Of a DNA stretch of 64,000 nt, positions 31,364 to 41,382 are shown piece after piece. The notes beneath the pieces are model-generated. The model saw nothing but the letters and a program-made list of their open reading frames with translations. It ran no database searches and had not been told where the DNA came from. The first letter of the stretch is position 1. Every line of letters starts with the position of its first letter. Made by a program: the position numbers and the translations under genes. Source of the DNA: an uncultured virus (IMG/VR IMGVR_UViG_3300046691_000407) (taxonomy: Duplodnaviria; Heunggongvirae; Uroviricota; Caudoviricetes); IMG/VR virus record IMGVR_UViG_3300046691_000407; one strand, 5' to 3'.

Positions 31364-32425
31364 TCAGGCGGCCGCCGGAGTAATCCGGTTCAGGATTTCG
31401 GCGACGGCTTCGATCTCCGACAGTGGCCGCAGCGGGCGGGCGCCGTCCGTGGTGATGATCTCCGAGGCGCATGCCGCACCGAGCTTCAGGCATTCTTCCG
31501 CGGGCAGGTCTCGGGCGTGGCCGACCAGATAGCCTGCGGCGAAGGAGTCCCCTGCTCCGACGAGATCGATGATGCGGTCGACCGGAATGGCGGGCACTGC
31601 AGTGACTGTCTTTCCGGAGATCGAGACCGCCCCCTCCGCACCCAGGGTGATGACGGTCGTGAATCGGAAACGGTCGCGGCAGATGGAGATGGCCCGTTCG
31701 GTGTCCTCGACCTCGAAACCGAGAACCTCGAGCAGGGCTGCGATCTCCTTGTCGTTGGCGATGAGAACGTCCACAAGGCCGCCCCCGCCGCCCGGAAGCA
31801 GGTTGCCGAAGATCAGGGAGGCGAACGAAGGCGCGTTTCTGCGGACGCAGTTTGCGTCGGAAAGGGTGAGCGCGACGATGTTTCCGCGGTCGGCCGCATC
31901 AGTGGCCGCCTTGCGCATCGCGGCCGCCGTCTTCGGGCTGTCGAGCAGGTAGCCCTCGAGGAACAGGATCTTCGATGCGCCGACGAGTTCCTCGGAGATG
32001 TCGGAAGCGCTCAGCTCCCGACAAGCGCCGAGGAAGGTCGACATTGTGCGTTCGCCATCAGGGGTGACGACGGCGAGGCAGTTTGCCGTGGAAATGCCCT
32101 CGTGCAGCTCGCCGCCGCTGAAGTCGACGCCCGCCTGTGCCATTCCCTCGCGGAAGGCGAAGCCAAGTTCATCCTCGGCGACCTTGCCGATGTATGCCGA
32201 CGAAGCTCCGAGCGATGCGATGCATGCGGCGGTGTTGGCTGCGGATCCGCCTGGAGCCTGCATGGTGCCGCCGAGCGTGGCGAGCATCGCCTTGGACTGG
32301 CTCTCGTCGACCAGGCGCATTGTCCCCTTCTGGAGGTCGTGGGTCGAGATGAAGTCCTCCTCGACGTGGGACAGGATGTCGACGATCGCGTTGCCGATCG
32401 AGAGGATCTCATATTCGTGGGCCAC
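31364..32425 (-). CDS. PfkB-family carbohydrate kinase, adenosine kinase-like
   Basis: GNAIVD, GGSAANT, ERTM, LEGY, DLVGAGDSFAAG; GTG start after AAGGA. Confidence 0.88.
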   Translation of the reverse strand: MAHEYEILSIGNAIVDILSHVEEDFISTHDLQKGTMRLVDESQSKAMLATLGGTMQAPGGSAANTAACIASLGASSAYIGKVAEDELGFAFREGMAQAGVDFSGGELHEGISTANCLAVVTPDGERTMSTFLGACRELSASDISEELVGASKILFLEGYLLDSPKTAAAMRKAATDAADRGNIVALTLSDANCVRRNAPSFASLIFGNLLPGGGGGLVDVLIANDKEIAALLEVLGFEVEDTERAISICRDRFRFTTVITLGAEGAVSISGKTVTAVPAIPVDRIIDLVGAGDSFAAGYLVGHARDLPAEECLKLGAACASEIITTDGARPLRPLSEIEAVAEILNRITPAAA

Positions 32426-32567
32426 AATGAATCCTTTCCGAGGGTTGTTTAGCAGAAGTAGAGCATCCAGTTGACGGCTTGGCAACGAAGGATTCGTTTA
32501 TCACGATCCGCTTTCGCCTTTCATTGCCGACATCTATCCTTTCGGCAACCCAACGTGGAGAGCACCT

Positions 32568-33896
32568 ATGCCTGTGAAAATCGACTACGACCAGTTCCGC
32601 TTCTCTCAGGCGAGATACAACAAGCCGGAAGATGCGACGAAGCTTGGCTGCAAGGGCGCCAATGCCTTTGTCGCATCGGCGAACGAGATCGTCAGGCAGA
32701 TCGCACGTGCGGGGTGGGATGTCCCGGGCGTCGACGTGACCATCCGCTACTACGGCCGCGGCACGAACATCATGAAGCACTGCAGCGAGGTTTCCTTCGA
32801 TGCCGTCCTGGCTGACGGCGCGACGGAGAAGGTGACCCTCGGCTTCTGGAACAAGTCGGGTCCCCAGATCGGTGGCCATTTCACCCTTGGCTCCGCGTCG
32901 AAGTTCAAGCTCGGCGACGAGGAGCTGAACCTTTACAGCGACGGCAGCGGAGACTGGAGCAAGGATGAGCGCTTTCTTGACGCTACTGCCTTGATCGCTC
33001 AGATGCTCATGAAGCTGTCGGGTCTGCCGAGCAAGGACGGCCATGACGTCGATCATCCCGAGGGCGATCTCAACCTGCGGGAGATCTGCACGACGGTTCC
33101 TACTCCTGCTCCTGCCGACTTCCCGACGCTCTACGCATGGGTCGAGCGCAAGGATGCCTACAACGCGCTCGGGGTTATCGACCGCGATATGGACGAGGAC
33201 TACGCCCGCGAACAGGAATTCAGGCTTTCCGGCAATGGCTGGCGGTTCGTCAACACGGACTGGGGCATCAAGTGGGACGAGATCCCCGCCGGCGGATGGG
33301 AGGGATACGACTACGCATCGCCCGACATCAACGTCCGTCCGGCAGGCCTCTGCTATACGTCCAACAACGGCATCCTGCCGGTCGAGGTGAAACTCAAGAA
33401 TCTCGATGACATCTATGTCGCCGACATGGCTCCGTACGAGAACGCACGCGAGGACGACTGGGCGCGTGCGAAGGTCGAGGGCCGCAAGGAATACACGACC
33501 GAGGAGATCGGCAACCAGCGCCGCGCCAGCATGGTCACGTTCGTTCCGGCGGCGGAGTACAAGGGCGGCTACGTGAAGCCCGTCTACATGATCGGACGCC
33601 AGCTCCAGGCAGACGAGGCCCGCGGCATGGCTGGCCCGGTGTCGGTGGCAATGGAGGATGGCTTCGTCGTGACCCGGATGCGCGACATCGCCACCGATAC
33701 CGACGTGATCATCTACGAGGGCGGCGACGAACTCTATCACAAGAACAGCGCCATCCGGGATGCACGGGAGCTTGCCGGGATCTTCTACAAGGAGCCTGCG
33801 ATCGAGCAGGAGATCCTCGACGCTCTTGATGCTCACCGCCAGAAGTTGCGGGAGGAGTACAAGGACGACAAGACGATGATGTTGATGATTGGCTGA
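32568..33896 (+). CDS. hypothetical protein
   Basis: 442 aa, GGAGA RBS, GC-rich third positions, followed by terminator. Confidence 0.75.
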   Translation: MPVKIDYDQFRFSQARYNKPEDATKLGCKGANAFVASANEIVRQIARAGWDVPGVDVTIRYYGRGTNIMKHCSEVSFDAVLADGATEKVTLGFWNKSGPQIGGHFTLGSASKFKLGDEELNLYSDGSGDWSKDERFLDATALIAQMLMKLSGLPSKDGHDVDHPEGDLNLREICTTVPTPAPADFPTLYAWVERKDAYNALGVIDRDMDEDYAREQEFRLSGNGWRFVNTDWGIKWDEIPAGGWEGYDYASPDINVRPAGLCYTSNNGILPVEVKLKNLDDIYVADMAPYENAREDDWARAKVEGRKEYTTEEIGNQRRASMVTFVPAAEYKGGYVKPVYMIGRQLQADEARGMAGPVSVAMEDGFVVTRMRDIATDTDVIIYEGGDELYHKNSAIRDARELAGIFYKEPAIEQEILDALDAHRQKLREEYKDDKTMMLMIG

Positions 33897-33927
33897 CGCA
33901 GCGTAATCCGAAAACAGCACCGCCATG

Positions 33928-33965
33928 AAAAGGGACGGGTGGGAGTTTTCCGCCCGTCCCTTTTT
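33928..33965. terminator. bidirectional intrinsic terminator
   Basis: AAAAGGGACGGGTGG...CCGCCCGTCCCTTTTT between convergent genes. Confidence 0.8.
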
Positions 33966-34820
33966 CTATCTGCCCCGAAAGGTCCGCGACCAAAGATGCT
34001 TCTTCGCGCCGGATCTGTAGTGGGCGAGGTTCTGCTGCAGCTCGGCAGCTTCGACCGCGGCGGAGAGCACGTCATCGTCAGCATCGGCCGTGGCGATGCC
34101 TCCGGAGATCGTCGTCTTGATCACGAAATTTCCGTAGCCGATCTCCGTCGGAATATCCGCGGCCGCGGCCTCCAGACGACCGTCAGCGGCTTCGGGCTCG
34201 TCGGCGAACACGACTGCGGCCGCTTCGAAGCCGAAATGATAGACCGACAGTCCCAGCCTCGCCGAAAGCCTTCCGGATTGCGTGCAGAAGTGTCTCAGCA
34301 TGGTCTCGGCGCATTCCATGCCGTAGGCGTCGCATGCGTGCTCCAGACCGTCGGGCGCGAAGACGGCGACCTGAAGGCGCGATGTGGAACCGGAATGCGC
34401 CCTGCGGATCTCGGCAGCCGCCCGCTCCAGCGGCGGGAACGCCTCGCCCACGATGCGGTGAGCGAGCATTTCAATATCGGAGCCGACGTGGTGAATGGTG
34501 ACAGGTGAAGGATCCCTGATCGGCGTTATTCCAGCGAGTGTTTCGCGCTGCTCCTGATATGCGTCGAAAAGGTCGACGTCGCGCTGGAGGTTGAGCCAGA
34601 TGTCGATGGAGGTTCCGGTGGCCGCCGACAGCCTCAGCGCCATTCCCGGCGTCACCGTCCGCTTTCTTGCGACGATCTGGTTCACGGTGAACCTCGACGT
34701 GTCGAGCGAGGCTGCGAGTTCCTCCTGCGTCACGTCGAGGTACGCAAGGAGGCGGCGGAGATATTCGCCCGGCGTGACCGGGCGGGCAGTCCATCGGGCT
34801 ATATCCGTGAAGTCGGGCAT
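33966..34820 (-). CDS. HigA/VapI-type HTH fused to a degenerate GGDEF-like domain
   Basis: PVTPGEYL...TQEELA...VTPGMALRL...WLNLQ; C-terminal DGL...DAYG...AE, HFGFEAA and TISGGIA. Confidence 0.7.
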   Translation of the reverse strand: MPDFTDIARWTARPVTPGEYLRRLLAYLDVTQEELAASLDTSRFTVNQIVARKRTVTPGMALRLSAATGTSIDIWLNLQRDVDLFDAYQEQRETLAGITPIRDPSPVTIHHVGSDIEMLAHRIVGEAFPPLERAAAEIRRAHSGSTSRLQVAVFAPDGLEHACDAYGMECAETMLRHFCTQSGRLSARLGLSVYHFGFEAAAVVFADEPEAADGRLEAAAADIPTEIGYGNFVIKTTISGGIATADADDDVLSAAVEAAELQQNLAHYRSGAKKHLWSRTFRGR

Positions 34821-34995
34821 CGCGTTCTCCTTCTGGCGACTGCGTAGCCTGGAGGGGAGCCGTGGTCAAATATGCGGGGCATTACATCCCTTCAGATGCT
34901 GCAACGAGGGTGCTTTCAAGGATTCGTATTGACTTCCGTTGTCGAATTCCTTCTAGTCCTGCAGCCTTGCTCTAAAGCAATCGAGGGACGAATCC

Positions 34996-36072
34996 ATGAA
35001 AACCCAGATCCGCGACGCGGTGTTCGAGACCAACTCCAGCTCCTCGCATTCGGTCACGGTGATCAAGGAGGAGATGCGCGACTACAACCTCGACAAGGAG
35101 ACGATCCGCGGCGGCGTGCTGAAGGCACAGGTCTTTCCCGACGGATATGGCTGGCAGTGGATCCGCTTCTACAAGCCCGAGAACGTGCTGGCCTATCTGC
35201 TCTACCAGGCGATGCCGATGGAGCTGCGCCGGGACGATCCCGCGCTGGGAATCGACCTCGCGGAGAAGATCAAGCAGTCTCCCCGGGCCCGTCACATCAT
35301 CGAGACCGTGGAGAAGGCGACGGGCCTGCGCGTCGAGTACGTCTTCCCGGAAGTCGAGGGTGCGCACTTCTATGTCGACCATGACAGCTCCGGCAACGGC
35401 ATGGAGTTCGCCCAGCCCGGCCGCGAGGAAGAGCTGCTGCGCCTGATCTTCGGCCGCAACTCCTATATCGAGATGGGCAACGACAACTCGGAGGCCGGCG
35501 AATACATCGAGAGCGACATCGGTGACATCCTGTCCTGCGCTGAAAAGATGGTGGATGAGCCGTTGAATTCGGAAGCGACCTTCGTCGCCGACTTCTCCGT
35601 CGGCTATGGCGAGTCGGAGTCCGAGTTCATCGATGCCGATGGAGCCAGCCACAAGGGTGCGCTTTCCTACGGCTGGATGCACAGCATTCTGTCCGAGCTG
35701 AGGGGCGCGACGCTGACGAACGTGCAGGTCGCCTACGCGCCCGACCGCTTCGGCTCGCTGGGTCGGGTGCGCTCTCCCGTGGGAGAGCAGGCCCGCGAGT
35801 CGTTCTTCAGGTGGCTCAACGGGAAAAACAAGGTTGAAGAATATCAGGACTACGGCGAGGAAGGCCCGACCGACATCAGGCTCCTGCGGGACTTCAAGTT
35901 CGGGTTCGCGGAGGTGGTGAGCAGGATTGGTCACGGGGACTACGACGATCGGTCGCGTTTCAGGATCACAGGGGTCGGTTCGCGCTCCCAGATCGACAGC
36001 ATGGCCTCCTCTTTCGACGAGATGATCGTGCGGTCGGAGGAAATTCGCAGCCGCAAGAACGACAGGCCCTAA
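34996..36072 (+). CDS. FETNSSSSHS-motif protein 1 (conserved ~165-aa domain plus variable C-terminus)
   Basis: QIRDAVFETNSSSSHS, YGW, VDHDS, SYIEMGNDN. Confidence 0.85.
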   Translation: MKTQIRDAVFETNSSSSHSVTVIKEEMRDYNLDKETIRGGVLKAQVFPDGYGWQWIRFYKPENVLAYLLYQAMPMELRRDDPALGIDLAEKIKQSPRARHIIETVEKATGLRVEYVFPEVEGAHFYVDHDSSGNGMEFAQPGREEELLRLIFGRNSYIEMGNDNSEAGEYIESDIGDILSCAEKMVDEPLNSEATFVADFSVGYGESESEFIDADGASHKGALSYGWMHSILSELRGATLTNVQVAYAPDRFGSLGRVRSPVGEQARESFFRWLNGKNKVEEYQDYGEEGPTDIRLLRDFKFGFAEVVSRIGHGDYDDRSRFRITGVGSRSQIDSMASSFDEMIVRSEEIRSRKNDRP

Positions 36073-36084
36073 GGAGGCCAGACC

Positions 36085-37152
36085 ATGATCAAAACGCAGA
36101 TCCGCGATGCGGTGTTCGAGACCAACTCGAGCTCGTCCCATTCCGTGACCATCGACGGCGCGGAACTGAAGGATTTTGGCCTCGACAAGGAGACGCTGCG
36201 CGATGGCGTGATCCGCGTCGAACTGGCCTCCGACGGGTATGGGTGGGAATGGCGCCGCTACTACAAGCCGGAGCACAAGATCGCCTACCTGCTTGTGCAA
36301 TTGCAGGGTGGCAGTCTCCCGTCGGATATCGATCTGAAGTACGACGAAGATCACTCCGTGATGTTCCGCGAGAACGACAGCCGCACGGACTATTTCCTGC
36401 GCACGATCGAGGAGGCGACGGGCTGCAAGGTCGTGGTCACGCGCGACGACGAGGATGTCGGCTACGGCTACACCATCGACCATGATTCCGTCGGCAAGGG
36501 CCTGGAGCATCTCGGCGAGGCCGACGAGATCCTGAAGCTCGTGTTCGGACGGAACTCCTATGTCGAGACGGGGAACGACAACGATTCCCCGCCAGAGAGG
36601 ATCTGGTCGGACGACCGCGGCGAAGTGCAGTACTTCGAGCACATTCTGGTCGACGGAATGCCCGAAGGCACTCCGTTCACCCTGCGGGAGAACAACGGTG
36701 CCGGTTGGCACAAGAACTTCGAACTCAGGACACCGGTCCACGGATCCATGACGACGGCGGACGTGACATGGGCATTCCGCGAGAGGATGCGGGATCTCAT
36801 CTCCGACGGGGACGTGGTCGTCGGCGGATTCCATGTATCTGTTCCGTTCAACACCGAGGGCACGAACCCGCAGGCCGCCGCCTTTGCCCGCCGTATCGCC
36901 TTCGAGAGCAACATCGACCTCTTCCGCGAGATGAAAAAGGCACGCCTTCTCAGGGACTTCGAAGTTCTCTTTGACATCGTGCCTTACATTCACGAAGAAG
37001 GTCGCGTTCGCAGCGTTCCCAGCATCTATGACTACATGCGCCAGGCGGAGGTAACAATCATGGCGACCTCCAGCGACGACACCATCGACCGCATCGTCGC
37101 GCTCGTGGCGGATGCCGGGAGCTACGCGCCGAAGAAGGAGCCATCCGCATGA
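36085..37152 (+). CDS. FETNSSSSHS-motif protein 2
   Basis: AAGGAGG RBS; QIRDAVFETNSSSSHS, YGW, KIAYL, IDHDS, SYVETGNDN. Confidence 0.85.
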   Translation: MIKTQIRDAVFETNSSSSHSVTIDGAELKDFGLDKETLRDGVIRVELASDGYGWEWRRYYKPEHKIAYLLVQLQGGSLPSDIDLKYDEDHSVMFRENDSRTDYFLRTIEEATGCKVVVTRDDEDVGYGYTIDHDSVGKGLEHLGEADEILKLVFGRNSYVETGNDNDSPPERIWSDDRGEVQYFEHILVDGMPEGTPFTLRENNGAGWHKNFELRTPVHGSMTTADVTWAFRERMRDLISDGDVVVGGFHVSVPFNTEGTNPQAAAFARRIAFESNIDLFREMKKARLLRDFEVLFDIVPYIHEEGRVRSVPSIYDYMRQAEVTIMATSSDDTIDRIVALVADAGSYAPKKEPSA

Positions 37153-38135
37153 CGTGCCAGATCAGAGACGCGGTGTTCGAGACCAACTCGAGCTCGTCCC
37201 ATTCCGTGACGGTGGCCGCCGAGGAGCTTACGGACGACTATGGCATCTCGAAGGAGACGCTCCGTGGCGGCGTGATCAGGGCGCAGACAAAGACTTATGG
37301 ATGGGAATGGGCGCGCGCCTATTCGCCGGAAGCCAAGATTGCGTACCTCGTCACTCAGCTTGCGGGCGGATATGCATCCGGAAAGCCCGGCAAGGACGTC
37401 ACCCAACAGGTGCGACAGGACACGCGGGTCGACAGCATGCTTGCCTTGATCGAACGGCGCACAGGCTGCCGCGTGGAGGTGATCGGGGCCAGCTCGGCCT
37501 ATGTCGACCACAGCTCGGTCGGGACGGGCTTGGAGCTGATGGGCGATCCGGACAAGCTCCTGAAGTTCATCTTCGGGCAGCGCTCCTATGTCGAGACCGG
37601 GAACGACAACTCGGCTCCTCCGATGATGATCCGCACGGATATCGGCGACGAATCCTATCACGAGAACAGGTATGTGCCCGCCGTCGAGGGTGGAAGCCGG
37701 TTCGAGATGACTCTGGATATCTATGGCGCGAACGTCTTCATGCGTCCTGACGGTGGCGAAGCCATCTATGCCTACGTGGACGACCAGGAGGATCTGCGCA
37801 CATTCGTCGAGGATCTCGATGGCCTCGTGATCGACAGGATCGGGGTGTGGGCGCAGCGTCCGGAGTCCCTTTCCGAGGAACACGCGGCCGACGACGCCCA
37901 GGAATTCGTTCACGAATATCTGAACGATCTCACACGGATAATGCCTTCCCTGAAGATTCTGCGTGAGGCAGTCATCGACAGCACGTTCGACGTGTCCTCG
38001 AAGGATCTGAGCCGATGGGACCGTAGCCAGTCGGCCCAGTTCACCCTCTTCGCCTCGGCCGAACCCGAGAAGGTGGCCAGGATGGCTGCCCTGCTCTCGC
38101 GGCACTCGGGCATGGCCCCTCCGGCGCATCAATAG
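37149..38135 (+). CDS. FETNSSSSHS-motif protein 3
   Basis: ATGA overlap with gene 2; same motifs (VDHSS, SYVETGNDN). Confidence 0.85.
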   Translation: MTCQIRDAVFETNSSSSHSVTVAAEELTDDYGISKETLRGGVIRAQTKTYGWEWARAYSPEAKIAYLVTQLAGGYASGKPGKDVTQQVRQDTRVDSMLALIERRTGCRVEVIGASSAYVDHSSVGTGLELMGDPDKLLKFIFGQRSYVETGNDNSAPPMMIRTDIGDESYHENRYVPAVEGGSRFEMTLDIYGANVFMRPDGGEAIYAYVDDQEDLRTFVEDLDGLVIDRIGVWAQRPESLSEEHAADDAQEFVHEYLNDLTRIMPSLKILREAVIDSTFDVSSKDLSRWDRSQSAQFTLFASAEPEKVARMAALLSRHSGMAPPAHQ

Positions 38136-38148
38136 ATTGGAATATGTC

Positions 38149-38640
38149 ATGACAACGCAGATCAGGAAGAAGGTCTTCGAGACCAACTCCAGCTCGTCAC
38201 ATTCAATCACCGTTTCCGGCGACGAGGCGGCCGACTTTGGCCTGGGGCGGGAGACTCTGCGCTCCGGCATCATCCAGATCGAATGTCATTCCGACTTCGG
38301 TTGGAAATGGGAAGAGCACCACGGAACGTCCGACAAGATCGCCTACATGCTGATGCAGTGCGATCCCAGCCATTTCAATGACGGTGTCGAATATGACGAG
38401 GACATCATTCCGAGCCTCGTGGAGCGCAACGAGAACGCACGGTGGCTTGTGGACGTGATCCAGCGGGCCACGGGCTGTACGCTCGAATTCAGGGCGGGAA
38501 GCTGGGCCGGCATCGACCATCAGTCGCACGGCGAGGGATCGGAACTGTTCACTGACGAGGCTGAGATGCGTCGGTTCCTCTTCAGTCCGTCGTCCTATCT
38601 CCAGACGGGAAATGACAACTCGGATCCGTACGAATACTGA
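38149..38640 (+). CDS. FETNSSSSHS-motif protein 4 (core domain only)
   Basis: QIRKKVFETNSSSSHS, FGW, KIAYM, IDHQS, SYLQTGNDN, ending 6 residues later. Confidence 0.85.
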   Translation: MTTQIRKKVFETNSSSSHSITVSGDEAADFGLGRETLRSGIIQIECHSDFGWKWEEHHGTSDKIAYMLMQCDPSHFNDGVEYDEDIIPSLVERNENARWLVDVIQRATGCTLEFRAGSWAGIDHQSHGEGSELFTDEAEMRRFLFSPSSYLQTGNDNSDPYEY

Positions 38641-38699
38641 GTCGGCAACAGTCCCACAGGCTAAGGGATCGGCTTCGCGCCAGCCGCCGATCTATCTGT

Positions 38700-38891
38700 T
38701 CAGTCGCGCGGAGGGTTTTCCCTGCCTGCGATCAGCTTCGCCAGGGGATCCCATGCCATGCCGACGGCCAGTCCGACCCCGAGCACTCCCATGATGACCC
38801 TTGTCAGGGTGTCGTCGTTCGTGACCGCGACTGCAAGGAAGATGACGCAGATGACGGGCAGAACACCCTTGATGCCGTAGAGAAGATCCAT
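38700..38891 (-). CDS. small two-TM membrane protein
   Basis: Two hydrophobic helices; downstream of the GGDEF-EAL gene. Confidence 0.5.
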   Translation of the reverse strand: MDLLYGIKGVLPVICVIFLAVAVTNDDTLTRVIMGVLGVGLAVGMAWDPLAKLIAGRENPPRD

Positions 38892-38949
38892 TGCCTGCTT
38901 TCCCGTTTTATGGTTCCGATGCCCTGGGCGGGCGCTGCTGCGATTTCGT

Positions 38950-41382
38950 TCAGTGTCCTGCGGCGCTCTTGCCGACAAGGGGGATCACGTTCGACCGGCT
39001 TGGGGTTCTTGTCGTTCTCGCAAGCAGTTCATTCGCCGCCGCGCTGTCCATCGGCCTGCCGAAGATGTAGCCCTGGATGAGATCGACGCCGACATCGTTG
39101 ATGCGGGAAAGTTGCTCGGCGGTTTCAACGCCTTCGACGATGATCCCGAGATTGAGCTTCTTGCCCATGGAGACGATCGCCTCGAAGAGCTGTCTGGACT
39201 TCTCGTCCCTGTCGATGTCCTTGATGAAGGACTTGTCGATCTTGACCTTGTCGAGGGGCAGCTTGTTGATGTGGCTGAGGTTCGAGTAGCCGGTGCCGAA
39301 GTCATCGATGGCGGTCTTGACCCCCATCGCGTGAAGGCTGGTCAGGATCTTCTTCGCCTTCTCGGTGTCCTTCAGGAAGATGGACTCCGTGATCTCCACC
39401 TGCAGGCGCGTGGCGGGAAGATCCGCCTTTCGCAGTGCGTTGGATATCATGTCGATCACCTCGTATCTGGCAAGGTCGAGCACCGAGAGATTGACCGACA
39501 CCGCGGCGCCGCCGACCCATGTGGCGCAATCCATGCATGCCTTCTCGATCACGTGACGGGTGATGTCGCCGATGATGTTCATGCTCTCGGCGATGGGGAT
39601 GAACTCGTCGGGGCCGACAATCCCGATGCCGGGTCGCTCCCAGCGCGCCAGCGCTTCGAACGTCTCGATCCGCAGGCCGTCCGGGCTGAACATCGGCTGG
39701 TACTGGACGGGGAACCTTCCCTCCGCGATGGCCTCCGTGAGTTCGAGGCGAACCTGCTGGTCCTTCTTGAAGGACATCTCCATCTCTTCATCGAAGAGCT
39801 TCCAGCGCAGGGGCGTGTCTCTATGCGCCCGCTTCAACTGCTTGACCTGGTAGAGCGCGAGGTCGGCTCGGGTGTAGGCGTCATCGAACTGGAACGTCTC
39901 CCGCGAGCTTACGATCACGCCGCCGCTGCAGCGCACGTCGACGGACTTGCCCAGGATGTCGTACTCCCGGCAGATCATCGCGAAAGCCTCGTCGAAGAAG
40001 GCGGATATCGGAAAGTCGGACGTGATGTCGGGTAGCGCCATGACGAACTCGTCGCCTCCAAGGCGCGAGATGATCAGGCTCGGATGGCGTTCCTTCACTT
40101 CAATCATGCTGCGTCCGACGGACTTGATCACCTCGTCGCCCGACGCGTGGCCCAGCGAATCGTTGATGTCCTTGAACTTGTCCACATCGAAAACGCAGAA
40201 GGCTATGTTCCTGCTGGCGGCCATCGCGTCATGTGCGTCCACGATCAGCTCGCGCATGTGGCGGCGGTTCGGCATCCTGGAAAGCATGTCGTAGTTGGCG
40301 AGATAGGTGACCCGGTCGGCCGACTTGATCCTGTCCGTCACGTCGGCGCAGACCATGACGAAGCTGTCGTCGTCGGATGCGTCCCGCAGCATCTTCGCCT
40401 CGTCGCGTCCGATGGAAAACTCGATGAACAGGTCGTCCCGCAGCCTGACGATTTCGTTCAGGCCCTCTCCCTTGAGAAGTCGCTGGATCGCCAGTTCGCA
40501 CAGCATGGCCTGCCCCTGGGAGAAGACCCCCATTCCCACGCCAGCTTCGAGGAGCCGACCCACCTCCTTGCCCTCGACATCGCAGTCCTCAGGCATGTCG
40601 AAGAGCTTTCTGGCGTTTTTCGTGGCGAACCTCAGCTCTCCCTTTCGCGAGACGACAAGCAGGCCGTCGGGCATGTTGGAGATCGCGTCGTAGAACATCT
40701 GCTTCAGGCGGTCGACATTCTTGAATGCGCGGTCGGCCTCAAGGAAGCGCTGCCGCACGGCGAACGTCATGTTCTTGGTCGAGAGGGCGAAAGGCACGAG
40801 AAGAAGTGCGATGCCGACCCCGAGGATCGCATTGGTGGTCACCGCGTAGAAGAGGAGCGCCGAGATGATCGGAATGAACACCAGCGCGAGCACCAGCCAT
40901 ACGTTGGCAGTGGATCCGTGGTTCCGTCCGATCACCGAAATCATCATGCCCAGCGCCAGCGCCAGGGAAACACCTGACGCCCATGTCTCCGGATGAACGG
41001 CGATGGAGTAGCCGGCGAGGCCGCCGATGATGAGGCCCGTGCACCCGGTGCCCATCATATAGTAGACGTTCCACCGCTTCAGGTCCCGCGCGGTGCTGCT
41101 GCTCGACATCAGGAACGACCTGTTGCGGTCGTAGGCCTTCATATAGCTGATGCGTCCCACCCACACGATCCAGGCGAAGGCCACCATGCCGAGGTAGAAG
41201 GAGTCGCCGACGTTAACCCAGAAGAGGAGGCTGCTGACGCACTGCCCTATCGTGCCGTGGAGCAAGGTCGAGCGGCTCGAATGCAGCGTGTCCAGGAATG
41301 TCCTCTCGAGGGCGAGGTGCGAGGGGGCTTCGCCGGAGAGGTCGCCCGCCTTCGCATCATTTATCGGACTGTCGAAGTTCAT
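38950..41382 (-). CDS. membrane-bound diguanylate cyclase/phosphodiesterase (TM-PAS-GGDEF-EAL)
   Basis: About 5 TM segments, PAS-like segment, DVDKFKDINDSLGH, RLGGDEF, FEALARW, DDFGTGYS, EGVE, QGY. Confidence 0.93.
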   Translation of the reverse strand: MNFDSPINDAKAGDLSGEAPSHLALERTFLDTLHSSRSTLLHGTIGQCVSSLLFWVNVGDSFYLGMVAFAWIVWVGRISYMKAYDRNRSFLMSSSSTARDLKRWNVYYMMGTGCTGLIIGGLAGYSIAVHPETWASGVSLALALGMMISVIGRNHGSTANVWLVLALVFIPIISALLFYAVTTNAILGVGIALLLVPFALSTKNMTFAVRQRFLEADRAFKNVDRLKQMFYDAISNMPDGLLVVSRKGELRFATKNARKLFDMPEDCDVEGKEVGRLLEAGVGMGVFSQGQAMLCELAIQRLLKGEGLNEIVRLRDDLFIEFSIGRDEAKMLRDASDDDSFVMVCADVTDRIKSADRVTYLANYDMLSRMPNRRHMRELIVDAHDAMAASRNIAFCVFDVDKFKDINDSLGHASGDEVIKSVGRSMIEVKERHPSLIISRLGGDEFVMALPDITSDFPISAFFDEAFAMICREYDILGKSVDVRCSGGVIVSSRETFQFDDAYTRADLALYQVKQLKRAHRDTPLRWKLFDEEMEMSFKKDQQVRLELTEAIAEGRFPVQYQPMFSPDGLRIETFEALARWERPGIGIVGPDEFIPIAESMNIIGDITRHVIEKACMDCATWVGGAAVSVNLSVLDLARYEVIDMISNALRKADLPATRLQVEITESIFLKDTEKAKKILTSLHAMGVKTAIDDFGTGYSNLSHINKLPLDKVKIDKSFIKDIDRDEKSRQLFEAIVSMGKKLNLGIIVEGVETAEQLSRINDVGVDLIQGYIFGRPMDSAAANELLARTTRTPSRSNVIPLVGKSAAGH

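Noticed and set aside
33966..34995. Complete HigBA toxin-antitoxin pair
   Set aside because: No RelE/HigB-like ORF is adjacent.
23219..36993. Long opposite-strand ORFs (23219..24379, 24931..26568, 28545..29873, 31310..32452, 32409..33926, 34972..36993)
   Set aside because: Antisense to better-supported genes; typical high-GC shadow ORFs with no motifs.
35023..38189. TTCGAGACCAACTC repeats at ~1-kb spacing as a CRISPR array or DGR template/variable repeats
   Set aside because: They are in-frame coding motifs of paralogs; spacing is far too long for CRISPR; no cas or reverse transcriptase gene in the window.
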